64,000 bases of DNA from Actinomycetota bacterium (GTDB lineage: Bacteria; Actinomycetota; Acidimicrobiia; Spongiisociales; UBA5794), in the NCBI GenBank assembly GCA_013151445.1, contig JAADIG010000136.1, forward strand, positions 6,383 through 70,382. Reading direction: 5' to 3'. Position 1 is the stretch's first letter, and each line of letters opens with the position of its first letter. Both the position numbers and the translations under genes were made by a program. The notes beneath the pieces are model-generated. The model was not told where the DNA came from, did not search any database, and worked only from the letters and a program-made list of their open reading frames with translations. This document shows, piece by piece, positions 46,923-56,501 of the stretch.

Positions 46923-49900
46923 TGCCGAAACGCTCCGACATAAAGAGCATCCTCGTCATCGGCTCCGGCCCGATCATTATCGGACAGGCATGCGAGTTCG
47001 ACTACTCGGGCACACAGGCGGTCCGGGCGCTGCGCGCTGAGGGATACCGCGTTGTCCTGGTCAACTCCAACCCAGCAACGATCATGACCGATCCCGAGTT
47101 CGCCGACGCCACCTACATCGAACCGATCACTGCCGAGGTCGTGGAGGCGGTCATCGCCAAGGAGCGGCCCGATGCTGTTCTTCCGACACTCGGTGGCCAG
47201 ACCGCCCTCAATGTCACCATGGAACTGGCCAAGACCGACGCATTCGCTCGGTACGGCGTGGAACTAATTGGGGCCGGGCTTGAAGCGATCAACATCGCCG
47301 AGGACAGGGGTCTCTTCAAGGAGGCGATGGAGTCCATTGGTATAGAAACTGCTCGGTCCAGGTATTGCAACACGCTCGAAGAGGCCGAGGCTGCTGTTGG
47401 GGAAATTGGCTTTCCCGCCATGATCCGCCCGTCGTTCATCTTGGGTGGGGGAGGCACCGGTATCGCCCACGACCTGGCGACCTTTGTCAAGATTGCGGAG
47501 AACGGGCTCCACACATCTCCAGTCACCGAGATCCTCGTTGAGGAGTCCCTTCTTGGCTGGAAGGAGTTTGAACTCGAAGTCATGCGCGACGCTGCCGACA
47601 ACGCAGTGATTGTGTGTTCCATCGAGAATCTCGATCCCATGGGTGTCCACACCGGCGACTCGGTGACCGTCGCGCCAGCAATGACCCTGTCCGATGTTGA
47701 GTATCAAGAGATGCGCGACGAGGCGCTCGCATGTCTGCGACGTGTCGGAGTCGCGACAGGCGGTTCCAACGTACAGTTTGCGGTGGATCCGGATTCTGGG
47801 CGCCGCATCATCATTGAGATGAATCCCCGGGTGTCGCGTTCGTCCGCACTCGCATCGAAAGCGACCGGGTTTCCCATTGCAAAGATCGCCGCACTCCTCG
47901 CAGTGGGTTACACACTCGATGAGATCACCAACGACATTACGGGGGAGACTCCCGCTTCGTTCGAACCCGCGCTCGACTACGTCGTCGTCAAGATCCCACG
48001 ATTCGACTTCGCAAAGTTTCCTTCCGCTGCTCCGATCCTTGGCACCTCGATGCAGAGCGTTGGCGAGGCTATGGCGATCGGGCGGACGTTTCAGGAGTCC
48101 CTACAAAAGGCCCTGCGATCGCTGGAATGCGGACACGGTGGCCTCAATGCGGATCCGGCCGAGCGCGATGTCCGACAGATGGACACGGAAACGTTGGTCG
48201 CGGGCCTTGCCGATGCGACCCCGGACCGACTGTTCGCTGTGGGCGAGGCGCTTCGTCGGGGCGTGTCGGTGGAACGGCTTCATGAAGTTACGAACATCGA
48301 CCCGTGGTTCCTGGACCAGATCAACGAACTCGTGGCAGTGCGGCTTCATCTCGAAGAAACCGGGATGAGCGCAGCCTCGCTGCGAACGGCGAAGCGGCAC
48401 GGATACTCGGACTACCAGCTCTCGTATCTGTGGGATATCACGACCGATGAGATCGCCCGGGCACGTCGCACTGCTGGCGTCATGCCGACCTACAAGACCG
48501 TGGACACCTGTGCCGCCGAGTTCGCTGCACAGACGCCGTACTACTACTCAACATTTGAGGAGGAGTCCGAGGCCCCCATCGCTGGTGATCGAACGGTTCT
48601 CGTGCTCGGTTCGGGCCCCAACCGTATCGGCCAAGGGATCGAGTTCGACTACTGCTGTGTGCATGCATCGTTTGCGCTTGCCGATGCCGGATACGAATCG
48701 GTCATGATCAACTGCAATCCCGAAACTGTCTCCACCGACTACGACACGAGTGACCGTCTGTACTTCGAACCTTTGACTACTGAGGATGTGCTCGCAGTCA
48801 TCGAAGTTGAACGTCCCCAGGCAGTGATCGTCCAGCTCGGCGGGCAGACACCGCTCGGCCTGGCCCGTTCCCTCGAGGCAGCGGGAGTGACGATCGCGGG
48901 CACTTCGCCCGACGCTATCGACGTAGCTGAGGATCGGGAGCGCTTCTCGGATCTTTGCACCGAGCGTTCCATCCCACAGCCACCGCACGGGACTGCGCGT
49001 TCCCTGAAGGAGGCCCAGCGAGTCGCCGCCAGGATTGGATTTCCCGCTCTGGTTCGACCGTCCTACGTCCTTGGCGGTCGCGCGATGCGGATCATCTACA
49101 CCGAAACCGAGCTGGTCGAGTACCTCACGGAACTGTATGGGCTTGTACCCGGCGGTGAAGTTGACCTGTCTGAAGCTCCACTGTTGATTGACCGGTTCCT
49201 GGAGTCTGCGATCGAGGTCGACGTTGATGCGCTCTACGACGGCACCGACCTCTACATTGGCGGAATCATGGAACACGTCGAAGAGGCCGGTGTACATTCG
49301 GGTGACTCTGCGTGCGTTGTGCCTCCCCCAACGCTTTCGTCTGTCGCACGTGAAGAGATTGAGCGGATCACCGGTTCGCTTGCCGAGGGGCTGCAGGTTC
49401 GCGGCCTATTGAACATCCAGTTTGCGGTGCGCAACGATGAGGTGTTCGTACTTGAGGCGAATCCCCGGGCCTCGCGGACGGTGCCGTTCATCTCGAAGGC
49501 GACGGGCGTGCCACTTGCCAAGGTCGCTACCCGCGTCATGATGGGGGAGTCATTGGCGACGATGCGTGAGGCTGGGCTGGTACCTGCCAAGACGCCGGTA
49601 CTGCCCTACGTCGCGGTGAAGGAAGCCGTTCTACCGTGGAAGCGGTTCCCCAACGAGGACACGGTGCTTGGTCCCGAGATGCGAGCCACGGGCGAGGTGA
49701 TGGGTATCGCCGAGGATGCCGGGGTGGCGTTTGCAAAAGCCCTGTTAGGTGCCGGTCACAGCATTCCCGAAACCGGAACGGTGTTCATTTCGGTTAAGGA
49801 CGCTGACAAAAACACGGCTGTCGAGATGGCACGGACCTTTTGCGACCTTGGTTTCAAGGTGCTGTCAACACACGGCACTGCCGGACATCTCGTCAGAAAC

Positions 49901-50173
49901 GGTATCCCGGCGACACACGTGGACAAGGTTGGAGAGGGACCGTACGACCCGGTCCGACTCCTGGCCAGTGGTGATATCGACCTCGTCATCAACACCCCCC
50001 GGGGTCGTCGGGCGAGGGGCGATGGTTCGCTCATTCGCAAGGCCGCAACGCGCCAGGGCGTTGCCTGTGTCACGACGGTCCAGGGTGGTGTCGCCGTGGC
50101 AAACAGCCTCAAGAAGGGTCGCGACGAGACCTATGCGGTGCGTTCACTTCAGGACTATCACAAGGACCTTTGA
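46922..50173 (+). CDS. carB: Carbamoyl-phosphate synthase large subunit
   Basis: [30 protein letters not shown] begins the protein, with duplicated ATP-grasp halves and an MGS-like C-terminus. The product is 1083 aa. GTG 46922 overlaps the carA TAG by 1 nt, and the ORF-track start at 46811 is an extension. Confidence 0.97.
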   Translation: MPKRSDIKSILVIGSGPIIIGQACEFDYSGTQAVRALRAEGYRVVLVNSNPATIMTDPEFADATYIEPITAEVVEAVIAKERPDAVLPTLGGQTALNVTMELAKTDAFARYGVELIGAGLEAINIAEDRGLFKEAMESIGIETARSRYCNTLEEAEAAVGEIGFPAMIRPSFILGGGGTGIAHDLATFVKIAENGLHTSPVTEILVEESLLGWKEFELEVMRDAADNAVIVCSIENLDPMGVHTGDSVTVAPAMTLSDVEYQEMRDEALACLRRVGVATGGSNVQFAVDPDSGRRIIIEMNPRVSRSSALASKATGFPIAKIAALLAVGYTLDEITNDITGETPASFEPALDYVVVKIPRFDFAKFPSAAPILGTSMQSVGEAMAIGRTFQESLQKALRSLECGHGGLNADPAERDVRQMDTETLVAGLADATPDRLFAVGEALRRGVSVERLHEVTNIDPWFLDQINELVAVRLHLEETGMSAASLRTAKRHGYSDYQLSYLWDITTDEIARARRTAGVMPTYKTVDTCAAEFAAQTPYYYSTFEEESEAPIAGDRTVLVLGSGPNRIGQGIEFDYCCVHASFALADAGYESVMINCNPETVSTDYDTSDRLYFEPLTTEDVLAVIEVERPQAVIVQLGGQTPLGLARSLEAAGVTIAGTSPDAIDVAEDRERFSDLCTERSIPQPPHGTARSLKEAQRVAARIGFPALVRPSYVLGGRAMRIIYTETELVEYLTELYGLVPGGEVDLSEAPLLIDRFLESAIEVDVDALYDGTDLYIGGIMEHVEEAGVHSGDSACVVPPPTLSSVAREEIERITGSLAEGLQVRGLLNIQFAVRNDEVFVLEANPRASRTVPFISKATGVPLAKVATRVMMGESLATMREAGLVPAKTPVLPYVAVKEAVLPWKRFPNEDTVLGPEMRATGEVMGIAEDAGVAFAKALLGAGHSIPETGTVFISVKDADKNTAVEMARTFCDLGFKVLSTHGTAGHLVRNGIPATHVDKVGEGPYDPVRLLASGDIDLVINTPRGRRARGDGSLIRKAATRQGVACVTTVQGGVAVANSLKKGRDETYAVRSLQDYHKDL

Positions 50174-51087
50174 TGCACTCCCTGGAAACATCGCTCGCAT
50201 CGGTCAGCCTCCGAACGCCGATCATCGGTGCGTGCGGCACGGTGGGTTCGGTTGTCGAAATGGCAGGGGTGGCAGATCTCGGCATGTACGGTGCAATGGT
50301 CGCCAAGTCGGTCAGCCTGGAACCTTGGCCCGGACGTCCCGCTCCCCGAATGGCGCCCGTCGGCACGGGCATGCTCAACGGCATCGGGATTCAGAACCCC
50401 GGAGTTGCTGCGTGGGCCGACACCGTCGGCCCGCAGATCTCCGGCCTCAATGTCCCTGTATGGGGATCTGCTGTCGGCGGCTCCCCGGCCGAGTTCGCCG
50501 CGGTGGCATCGGGCCTTGTCAGTGCCGGAGTTGGTGCGATCGAACTCAACCTGTCCTGTCCCAATCTGGAACATGGAAGCATCTTTGCACTTGACCCAGT
50601 CGCGTCCGCTGCGGTGGTCGCTGCGGCACGGTCAGCGGTGTCGGCACCGCTCGGGGCGAAACTCTCACCCGACTCCGAGAATATCTGTGCAGTGGTTGAT
50701 GCGGTGATGACGGCCGGTGCGGACTGGGTCGTACTCGGGAACGCGGTCCGCGGTTTCGGTATCGACATTGCCACGAGGAGACCGCTCATCACCGGTGGTA
50801 TCGGTGGGTACTCCGGGTCCCCTATCAAGCCGATTGCGTTGCGCAGCGTTTTCGAGGCTGCCCAGGCCTTTCCCGAGGTCCCGATTGTCGGGTGCGGTGG
50901 GGTCTCCACGGCCGAAGATGTCATCGAGTTCATGCTCGCAGGAGCTTCGGCTGTCGCCGTCGGGACGGCCCATTTCGCTCGACCACGCATCGCGGCAACC
51001 CTCGTCAAAGGGATTGCTCGTTACTTGAAGAAACATCGACTTGAGTCCGTCAGCGAACTTATCGGAGGCGTGCAGCTGTGGCCGTAA
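50173..51087 (+). CDS. pyrD: Dihydroorotate dehydrogenase, class 1-type catalytic subunit
   Basis: It has LRTPIIGACG, NLSCPN (active-site Cys, a class 1 feature) and GGIGGYSG, with no N-terminal membrane extension. ATG 50173 forms a TGATG overlap with carB. Confidence 0.88.
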   Translation: MHSLETSLASVSLRTPIIGACGTVGSVVEMAGVADLGMYGAMVAKSVSLEPWPGRPAPRMAPVGTGMLNGIGIQNPGVAAWADTVGPQISGLNVPVWGSAVGGSPAEFAAVASGLVSAGVGAIELNLSCPNLEHGSIFALDPVASAAVVAAARSAVSAPLGAKLSPDSENICAVVDAVMTAGADWVVLGNAVRGFGIDIATRRPLITGGIGGYSGSPIKPIALRSVFEAAQAFPEVPIVGCGGVSTAEDVIEFMLAGASAVAVGTAHFARPRIAATLVKGIARYLKKHRLESVSELIGGVQLWP

Positions 51088-51791
51088 AGAACCCAATTAT
51101 CGTGGCCCTCGACCTACGTACCGCAGAGGAGGCGGTACGTCTGGCACAACAAGTCTCGCCGTATGTCGGTGGGTTCAAGATCGGGATTGGGTTGCTCTAC
51201 GGTCCCGGACCCGCGACGATCGGCGCACTGGCTTCTTTGGGGAAACCCGTGTTCGCTGACGCCAAGTTGCACGACATCCCCTCACAGGTGAAGGCTGCGG
51301 CCCGATCGCTCGCCCGCCACGGTGCCCGATGGATTACGACCCACGCATCCGGTTCGTCGGCCATGCTGGAGGCTGCCGTTGAGGGAGCCGCCTCGGTGCC
51401 GTCCGCCGACGCCGGTATTCTCGGCGTGACCGTGTTGACATCCCTCGACGAAGCCGACCTCGCGAAAGTCGGGTTCGGTACGACTCCCGGCAAGCTTGTG
51501 TCCCGACTGGCTCGACTCGCTGCCGCTGCCGGCTGTGAGGGGGTTGTGTGTTCGCCACTGGAACTCGGTGTGGTCCGCGAAGTTGCACCGACGCTCGTGC
51601 CGTTTACGCCGGGGATCCGGCCACCGGGTGTCCCGACCCAGGACCAGGCCCGCACCGCCACGCCTGGGGAGGCGCTGGAACGTGGCGCAGGGTATCTCGT
51701 TGTCGGACGTGCCATCACTGGGGCTGTCGACCCGGTCGCAGCGGCACGGGAGATTCACGAGACATTGCCTGGTGTTCGTGAAAACAGTTGA
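51078..51791 (+). CDS. pyrF: Orotidine 5'-phosphate decarboxylase
   Basis: PIIVALD, FKIG and ADAKLHDIP motifs are present. The product is 237 aa and the GTG start overlaps the pyrD end. Confidence 0.9.
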   Translation: MAVKNPIIVALDLRTAEEAVRLAQQVSPYVGGFKIGIGLLYGPGPATIGALASLGKPVFADAKLHDIPSQVKAAARSLARHGARWITTHASGSSAMLEAAVEGAASVPSADAGILGVTVLTSLDEADLAKVGFGTTPGKLVSRLARLAAAAGCEGVVCSPLELGVVREVAPTLVPFTPGIRPPGVPTQDQARTATPGEALERGAGYLVVGRAITGAVDPVAAAREIHETLPGVRENS

Positions 51792-51817
51792 TAGAGTCTG
51801 TGATGACTGGAGGACTC

Positions 51818-52129
51818 ATGGCACTACCACCACAAACAGATGAAGCGAGAAAGGCGGCGCTCGCAAAGGCCGGGGAGGCCAGGCGAGCCAGGGCCGAGAT
51901 GAAGCAGTTGCTCCAGGTTGGTTCGCTCACACTCGCTGAAGTCTTCGAACGTGCCGAAACCGACGACATCATCGCTGGCACAAAAGTTGCCGCAGTGATC
52001 AACTCGCTTCCCGGTGTTGGGAAGGTCAAGACGATCCGCACGCTGGAGGAACACAACATTCCGGATAACCGGCGTTTACGCGGCCTTGGGGTTCGACAAA
52101 AGGCAACACTTCTCGAACTGTTCGGGTAG
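51818..52129 (+). CDS. mihF: Actinobacterial integration host factor mIHF
   Basis: MALPPQTDEARKAALAKAGEARRARAE...LPGVGKVK is typical of mIHF. The gene sits between pyrF and gmk as in Mycobacterium and Streptomyces. GGAGGA lies upstream of ATG 51818. Confidence 0.85.
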   Translation: MALPPQTDEARKAALAKAGEARRARAEMKQLLQVGSLTLAEVFERAETDDIIAGTKVAAVINSLPGVGKVKTIRTLEEHNIPDNRRLRGLGVRQKATLLELFG

Positions 52130-52199
52130 CGTCCGGCGTGTGCGAAGCTGCCGACTGTTCTAGTGACGTACCTGTGTTTCAATGTGCGAGGTGTAACTG

Positions 52200-52769
52200 A
52201 TGTCCGGTGTCCTCTTCGTGGTGTCCGGACCCTCGGGTGTCGGCAAGTCTTCCATCCTCGCCGAGGTCCGTAAAGCGGTTGACTTCTTCTTCTCCGTTTC
52301 GATGACGACTCGTGACCGTCGACCACACGAGATCGATGGTGTTGACTATTGGTTCGTCAACAGGTCGGTGTTCGAAGCGGCGGTCGCGGCGGGCGAACTG
52401 ATGGAATGGGCGGAGTACGGAGGCAACCTGTACGGCACTCCGCGGGCACCGGTCCTCGCCGCGCTCGAACGTGGTGAGCATGTCCTATTCGACATCGAGA
52501 ACAAGGGTGCCCAGCAAATCAGGGATGCCTACAAACACGCTGTTCTGGTCTTTGTGTTGCCCCCATCGCTTGAGGAGCTCGAACTCCGCCTGCATAAACG
52601 CGGTGACACGAGTGACGAAGACATCGCTCGGAGGCTGGCCGTCGCCCAAGAACAGATCGCAAATGCAGCGGAACTGTATGACTTCCAGGTGATCAATGAC
52701 TCCATTGCAACTGCGGCCGCGGAAATGGTATCTATACTGATAGCTGCGCATGATCAAGGTTGTGCGTAA
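52200..52769 (+). CDS. gmk: Guanylate kinase
   Basis: VVSGPSGVGKSS is the P-loop, with TTR.RRP.E.DGVDY and EWAEY.GNLYGT. The product is 189 aa. Confidence 0.95.
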   Translation: MSGVLFVVSGPSGVGKSSILAEVRKAVDFFFSVSMTTRDRRPHEIDGVDYWFVNRSVFEAAVAAGELMEWAEYGGNLYGTPRAPVLAALERGEHVLFDIENKGAQQIRDAYKHAVLVFVLPPSLEELELRLHKRGDTSDEDIARRLAVAQEQIANAAELYDFQVINDSIATAAAEMVSILIAAHDQGCA

Positions 52770-52803
52770 CCGCAACATTCACGTCGTGCCTGGAGGCATA
52801 TCC

Positions 52804-53037
52804 GTGTCACTTATTGAACCCCCAATCGGACGGTTGCTCGAGAAGGCGGGAACCCGGTTCGGGCTCGTCGTCTTGGCATCGCGCCGGGCCCGGCAGATCA
52901 ACGCCTATTTCAACGAATTAGGTGAGGGCCTCGGATCCTATGTTCCCCCTCAGGTCCATTCGTTGTCGCGCAAGCCGCTGTCTATCGCGCTTGAAGAGAT
53001 CGACGCCGACAAGGTGACGACCGCTCCTAGCGAGTAA
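52804..53037 (+). CDS. rpoZ: DNA-directed RNA polymerase subunit omega
   Basis: The product reads ...RFGLVVLASRRARQIN.... GTG 52804 lies 7 nt after GGAGG (52792-52796). The ORF-track start at 52750 would overlap gmk. Confidence 0.85.
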   Translation: MSLIEPPIGRLLEKAGTRFGLVVLASRRARQINAYFNELGEGLGSYVPPQVHSLSRKPLSIALEEIDADKVTTAPSE

Positions 53038-53041
53038 CACC

Positions 53042-54232
53042 ATGCTGGAACAACGCCGCATCGTCGTAGCCGTGACGGGCGGCGTTGCCGCGTTCAAGGC
53101 AGCGTATCTGGTGCGCCGCCTCATCGAACAGGGTGCCGAGGTGCGCACCGTCATGACCCAAACCGCAACGCAGTTCATTGGTCCGGCGACACTGGCGGCG
53201 CTTTCGGGCCACGCTCCCGTGACATCGCTCTTCGGTGATGACAGTGTCAGCCCACACACGGAACTTGCCCAATGGGCCGAGGTCATCGTCGTCGCACCAG
53301 CGACGACGGCGACGATTGCCCGCCTCGCCCACGGGATCTCGGAAGACGCGGTCTCTGCCACGGTCGTTGCCGCGAGGTGCCCTGTGATTATCGCACCGGC
53401 AATGCACACCGAAATGTGGGAGTACCCCGCCACCCAGCGCAACGTTGCACAACTCGCGGCCGACGGTGTGATCATCGCGGGTCCCACCGAGGGTGTCCTC
53501 GCTGGTGGGGATAGCGGTGCAGGACGCATGGTCGAGCCCGAAGAGATCGTCGCCGCGGTGTCCCGTGCGCTCGGCGTGCGCGACCTTGACGGCGTGTCCG
53601 TGGTGGTCACAGCCGGTGGAACGCGAGAGCCGATTGATCCGGTGCGCTACGTGGGCAACCGTTCATCGGGGAAGATGGGGAACGCAATCGCATTGGATGC
53701 TGCCCGTCGTGGCGCAATGGTTACCCTCGTCACAACGGCACCCGCACCGACACATCCGAATATTGCAGTACTTGAAGTCGAGACAGCCCAGCAGATGGCC
53801 GAAGCCACCTGGGAGGCGGCTGCCACAGCACAGGTCGCGGTGTTTGCGGCCGCAGTCGCCGACTTTCGACCCAGCGACGTGTCCGCAGGCAAAATCCGTC
53901 GCGCTGAGGGACTCCCAACCGTGACCTTTGAACCGACACCCGATGTTCTCAAGGGTGTGGTAGAAATGCCTGATGGGCCGTTTGTCGTCGGTTTCGCCGC
54001 CGAAGTCGGTTCCGTCGACGCGGCCGTCGACAAGGCGCAACGCAAGGGCGTCGACCTCCTCATCGCAAACGACGTTGCCAAAGCCGGCTCGGGGTTCGGC
54101 ACGGATACCAACGAAGTGACGTTGGTTCGCTCCGATGGTTCGACCGAGTCGTGGGAGCTGATGTCGAAGGCTGCGGTTGCGCGGCGACTTTGGGACGTCG
54201 TTGTGGCACAGCGGCTTGCGGGTGCGTCCTGA
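53042..54232 (+). CDS. coaBC: Bifunctional phosphopantothenoylcysteine decarboxylase / phosphopantothenate-cysteine ligase
   Basis: It has an N-terminal flavoprotein domain (IVVAVTGGVAAFKA, APAMHTEMW) and a C-terminal CoaB domain (VTAGGTREPIDPVRYVGNRSSGKMG). The product is 396 aa. Confidence 0.95.
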   Translation: MLEQRRIVVAVTGGVAAFKAAYLVRRLIEQGAEVRTVMTQTATQFIGPATLAALSGHAPVTSLFGDDSVSPHTELAQWAEVIVVAPATTATIARLAHGISEDAVSATVVAARCPVIIAPAMHTEMWEYPATQRNVAQLAADGVIIAGPTEGVLAGGDSGAGRMVEPEEIVAAVSRALGVRDLDGVSVVVTAGGTREPIDPVRYVGNRSSGKMGNAIALDAARRGAMVTLVTTAPAPTHPNIAVLEVETAQQMAEATWEAAATAQVAVFAAAVADFRPSDVSAGKIRRAEGLPTVTFEPTPDVLKGVVEMPDGPFVVGFAAEVGSVDAAVDKAQRKGVDLLIANDVAKAGSGFGTDTNEVTLVRSDGSTESWELMSKAAVARRLWDVVVAQRLAGAS

Positions 54233-55968
54233 CGCGGATTGCCCAGGTCGTTCCGAGCGTGCCGACTTTCGCTGTCGACGATGGGTTCGCCTACACAGTT
54301 CCCGAGGAAATCCCCAACGTTGTCGTTGGTTCCCATGTGACAGTGCCCCTCGGTGGTCGCAAGGTGAAAGGGTGGGTAACGTCGGTCCGATCGGGTGAAT
54401 CCAAGCGCAAGCTGAAGTCCGTCGTTGGAGTCTCGGGCGACCTGCCCCACTTCGATGAGGCCTTGCTGGAGACCCTGCGTTGGGTCGCATTGCGGTACGT
54501 CGCCCCCATGTCGACTGTGTTGGCGAGGTCGGGCCCGCCGAATATCTCCCGCCTCAAGGGGCCGGTCGTACCCGTGGCAGCGACAGAGACCCGCCAGCGC
54601 GCAGCGACGTGCATCGTAACGGGCGAGCCGTACGGTCCGACACTCTCCAAGATTGTGACATCGGTTGTCGATAGCGGAGCGAATGTCTTGGTCGTCTGCC
54701 CGACCGCGGACGAAGTAACACAGTACGCCGGCATACTCGAAGACGCCCTTGGGCAAACAGTCCTGCGCGTGGGATCGGCGATCCCCGCTCGCACCGTCAC
54801 CGACGCATGGACCGTCGCCGCCACGACTCAGGGAAACATAATTGTGGGGACCCGGGAAGCAGTGTTGTGGCCGCTCGGTAACCTCGGTGGGGTGATCGTT
54901 GTCGAGGAGGGGAGACGTGGCATGACAAGTCCCCAGACACCTACCTGGACGGTTCGGGATGTTGTCGTGCAACGCTCCAACGTTGAACACTTGCAGACGT
55001 GGTTTATCGGGCCTGTCCCGTCGGTGCAGCTTCTGGCGACCACCCCCGTCGTTGTCGGTGCCGACAAGAGGGCATGGCCACTTGTCGAGGTGGTCAACCG
55101 GTATGACGAGCCACCGGGAACGGGCCCTGTTCTAGCTGCGACTGTCATGGCCATACGCACCACCTTGAAACGAGGCGGCTCGGTGTTTGTCTTCGTGAAC
55201 CGCCGAGCGTATGCGCCGGTCTTTCGGTGTCTCACCTGCAAGGAATTGCGCCGTTGTCCGGCTTGTGGCGCGGGCGCCGAGAGGGGAGATCGATGCCCGC
55301 GCTGTGACATGGAACTCGGCGGTTGCGCGGCGTGTGGAGCGCGGCGGTTCGAACCGGTTGGTGCAGGCATCGGTCGCACCATCGAGATCCTGCACCGGTC
55401 GCTGGGGGATGCCGTTGGCGCCGCGGGGAGCAACCGTGCCGTCGTTGTCGGAACCGAACGGGATATCCCTCCTCCGGCATCAGTCGACCTCGTGGTGATT
55501 ATTGACGCCGATGGAATGTTGCTGGCACCCCATTACCGTGCCGAGGAGGAAGCCATCAGGATTCTGGGCCGTGCCGCAGCAAGCGTTGCGCGTGGCACCG
55601 GCAACCGCACGCTCATTCAGACCAACCAGCCCAAGGATCGGGTGATCGTGGCCCTGCGCTCCGGCCGTCCGGTTCCCCTGTTATCCGACATCCACAACGA
55701 ACGTGAGGCAGCCGGATTTCCGCCTTTTGGTGAGGTGATCATCATCAAAACCTCCGCGACGTCACCCGACGTGGAGAAACAACTCCAGGTCCTCGGCGAG
55801 AAGTCGGGTGCCACGGTGCTGGGTCCGGTACCGGTTGCAGACGGCCACCGATGGTTGGTCCAGGGTCGTGATCTCCACAAGTTCAGGCTGGGGTTGCGCA
55901 GTGTTGTCGGTGTGTGGCGAGAGAGCGGAGTCAAGGTCCGTGTCGATGTGGACCCGATCGACCTGTGA
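54190..55968 (+). CDS. priA: Primosomal protein N' (PriA)-like, with degenerate ATPase motifs
   Basis: The N-terminus IAQVVPSV...FAYTVPE is PriA-like, and four CxxC pairs (CLTC, CPAC, CPRC, CAAC) match the PriA Cys-rich region. No GxxxxGK[ST] P-loop was seen. The start is ambiguous: GTG 54151, TTG 54190 or GTG 54259. Confidence 0.8.
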   Translation: MGRRCGTAACGCVLTRIAQVVPSVPTFAVDDGFAYTVPEEIPNVVVGSHVTVPLGGRKVKGWVTSVRSGESKRKLKSVVGVSGDLPHFDEALLETLRWVALRYVAPMSTVLARSGPPNISRLKGPVVPVAATETRQRAATCIVTGEPYGPTLSKIVTSVVDSGANVLVVCPTADEVTQYAGILEDALGQTVLRVGSAIPARTVTDAWTVAATTQGNIIVGTREAVLWPLGNLGGVIVVEEGRRGMTSPQTPTWTVRDVVVQRSNVEHLQTWFIGPVPSVQLLATTPVVVGADKRAWPLVEVVNRYDEPPGTGPVLAATVMAIRTTLKRGGSVFVFVNRRAYAPVFRCLTCKELRRCPACGAGAERGDRCPRCDMELGGCAACGARRFEPVGAGIGRTIEILHRSLGDAVGAAGSNRAVVVGTERDIPPPASVDLVVIIDADGMLLAPHYRAEEEAIRILGRAAASVARGTGNRTLIQTNQPKDRVIVALRSGRPVPLLSDIHNEREAAGFPPFGEVIIIKTSATSPDVEKQLQVLGEKSGATVLGPVPVADGHRWLVQGRDLHKFRLGLRSVVGVWRESGVKVRVDVDPIDL

Positions 55969-55985
55969 CGCTGATCGAACCGTCT

Positions 55986-55991
55986 TAGAAT
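55986..55991 (+). promoter_or_regulatory. Candidate -10 box (TAGAAT) for a leaderless def transcript
   Basis: TAGAAT ends 6 nt before the A of the def ATG (55998). No SD lies in between. A GTGACG -35-like element sits about 15-16 nt upstream. Confidence 0.3.
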
Positions 55992-55997
55992 GGCACC

Positions 55998-56501
55998 ATG
56001 GCCATCTTCCCTATCCGTACTTTTGGTGATCCTGTGCTGCGCTGTGAGGCGTCGCCCGTTGAAGAGATCACAGTTGCTGTCGAGCGTCTGGTTGAGGACA
56101 TGATTGAGACGATGTATGACGCACCAGGGGTTGGCCTCGCAGCTCCCCAGATCGGCGTGCCTCGTCAGATCTTCGTGGGCGACGTTGGCGACGGCCCGTT
56201 TGTCATGATCAACCCAGTGCTCGTGGAAACCAGCGGCGAATGGGAGTTCGACGAAGGCTGCCTATCGGTTCCCGACCGGTTCTGGCCAATCAAGAGGTTC
56301 GGTTTTGCCCGTGCGAGGGGTCTTGACGTTTCCGGGGAGGAAGTGGAGTACAGCGGAGACGAGCTGATGGGGAGGCTCCTTCAACACGAGATCGACCATC
56401 TCAAGGGTGGCCTGCTGCTTGATCACCTCTCTCCGATGGTGAAGAAATCAGCGCTTCGCGAACTCCGCGAAGAGGCTCTTGGCGTAAAGCCACTCGCCTG
56501 A
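55998..56501 (+). CDS. def: Peptide deformylase
   Basis: GVGLAAPQIG, EGCLS and HEIDHL metal-binding motifs are present. The product is 167 aa. Confidence 0.95.
   Translation: MAIFPIRTFGDPVLRCEASPVEEITVAVERLVEDMIETMYDAPGVGLAAPQIGVPRQIFVGDVGDGPFVMINPVLVETSGEWEFDEGCLSVPDRFWPIKRFGFARARGLDVSGEEVEYSGDELMGRLLQHEIDHLKGGLLLDHLSPMVKKSALRELREEALGVKPLA

Noticed and set aside
49749-50594. 281-aa plus-strand ORF spanning the carB/pyrD junction
   Set aside because: It is out of frame with both carB and pyrD and extremely Arg/Ser/Pro-rich. It is a frame artefact.
53647-54990. 447-aa minus-strand ORF
   Set aside because: It is antisense to coaBC and priA. Its composition is low-complexity (R/A/S/G/P-rich) with no motif. 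The sense-strand genes are well supported.
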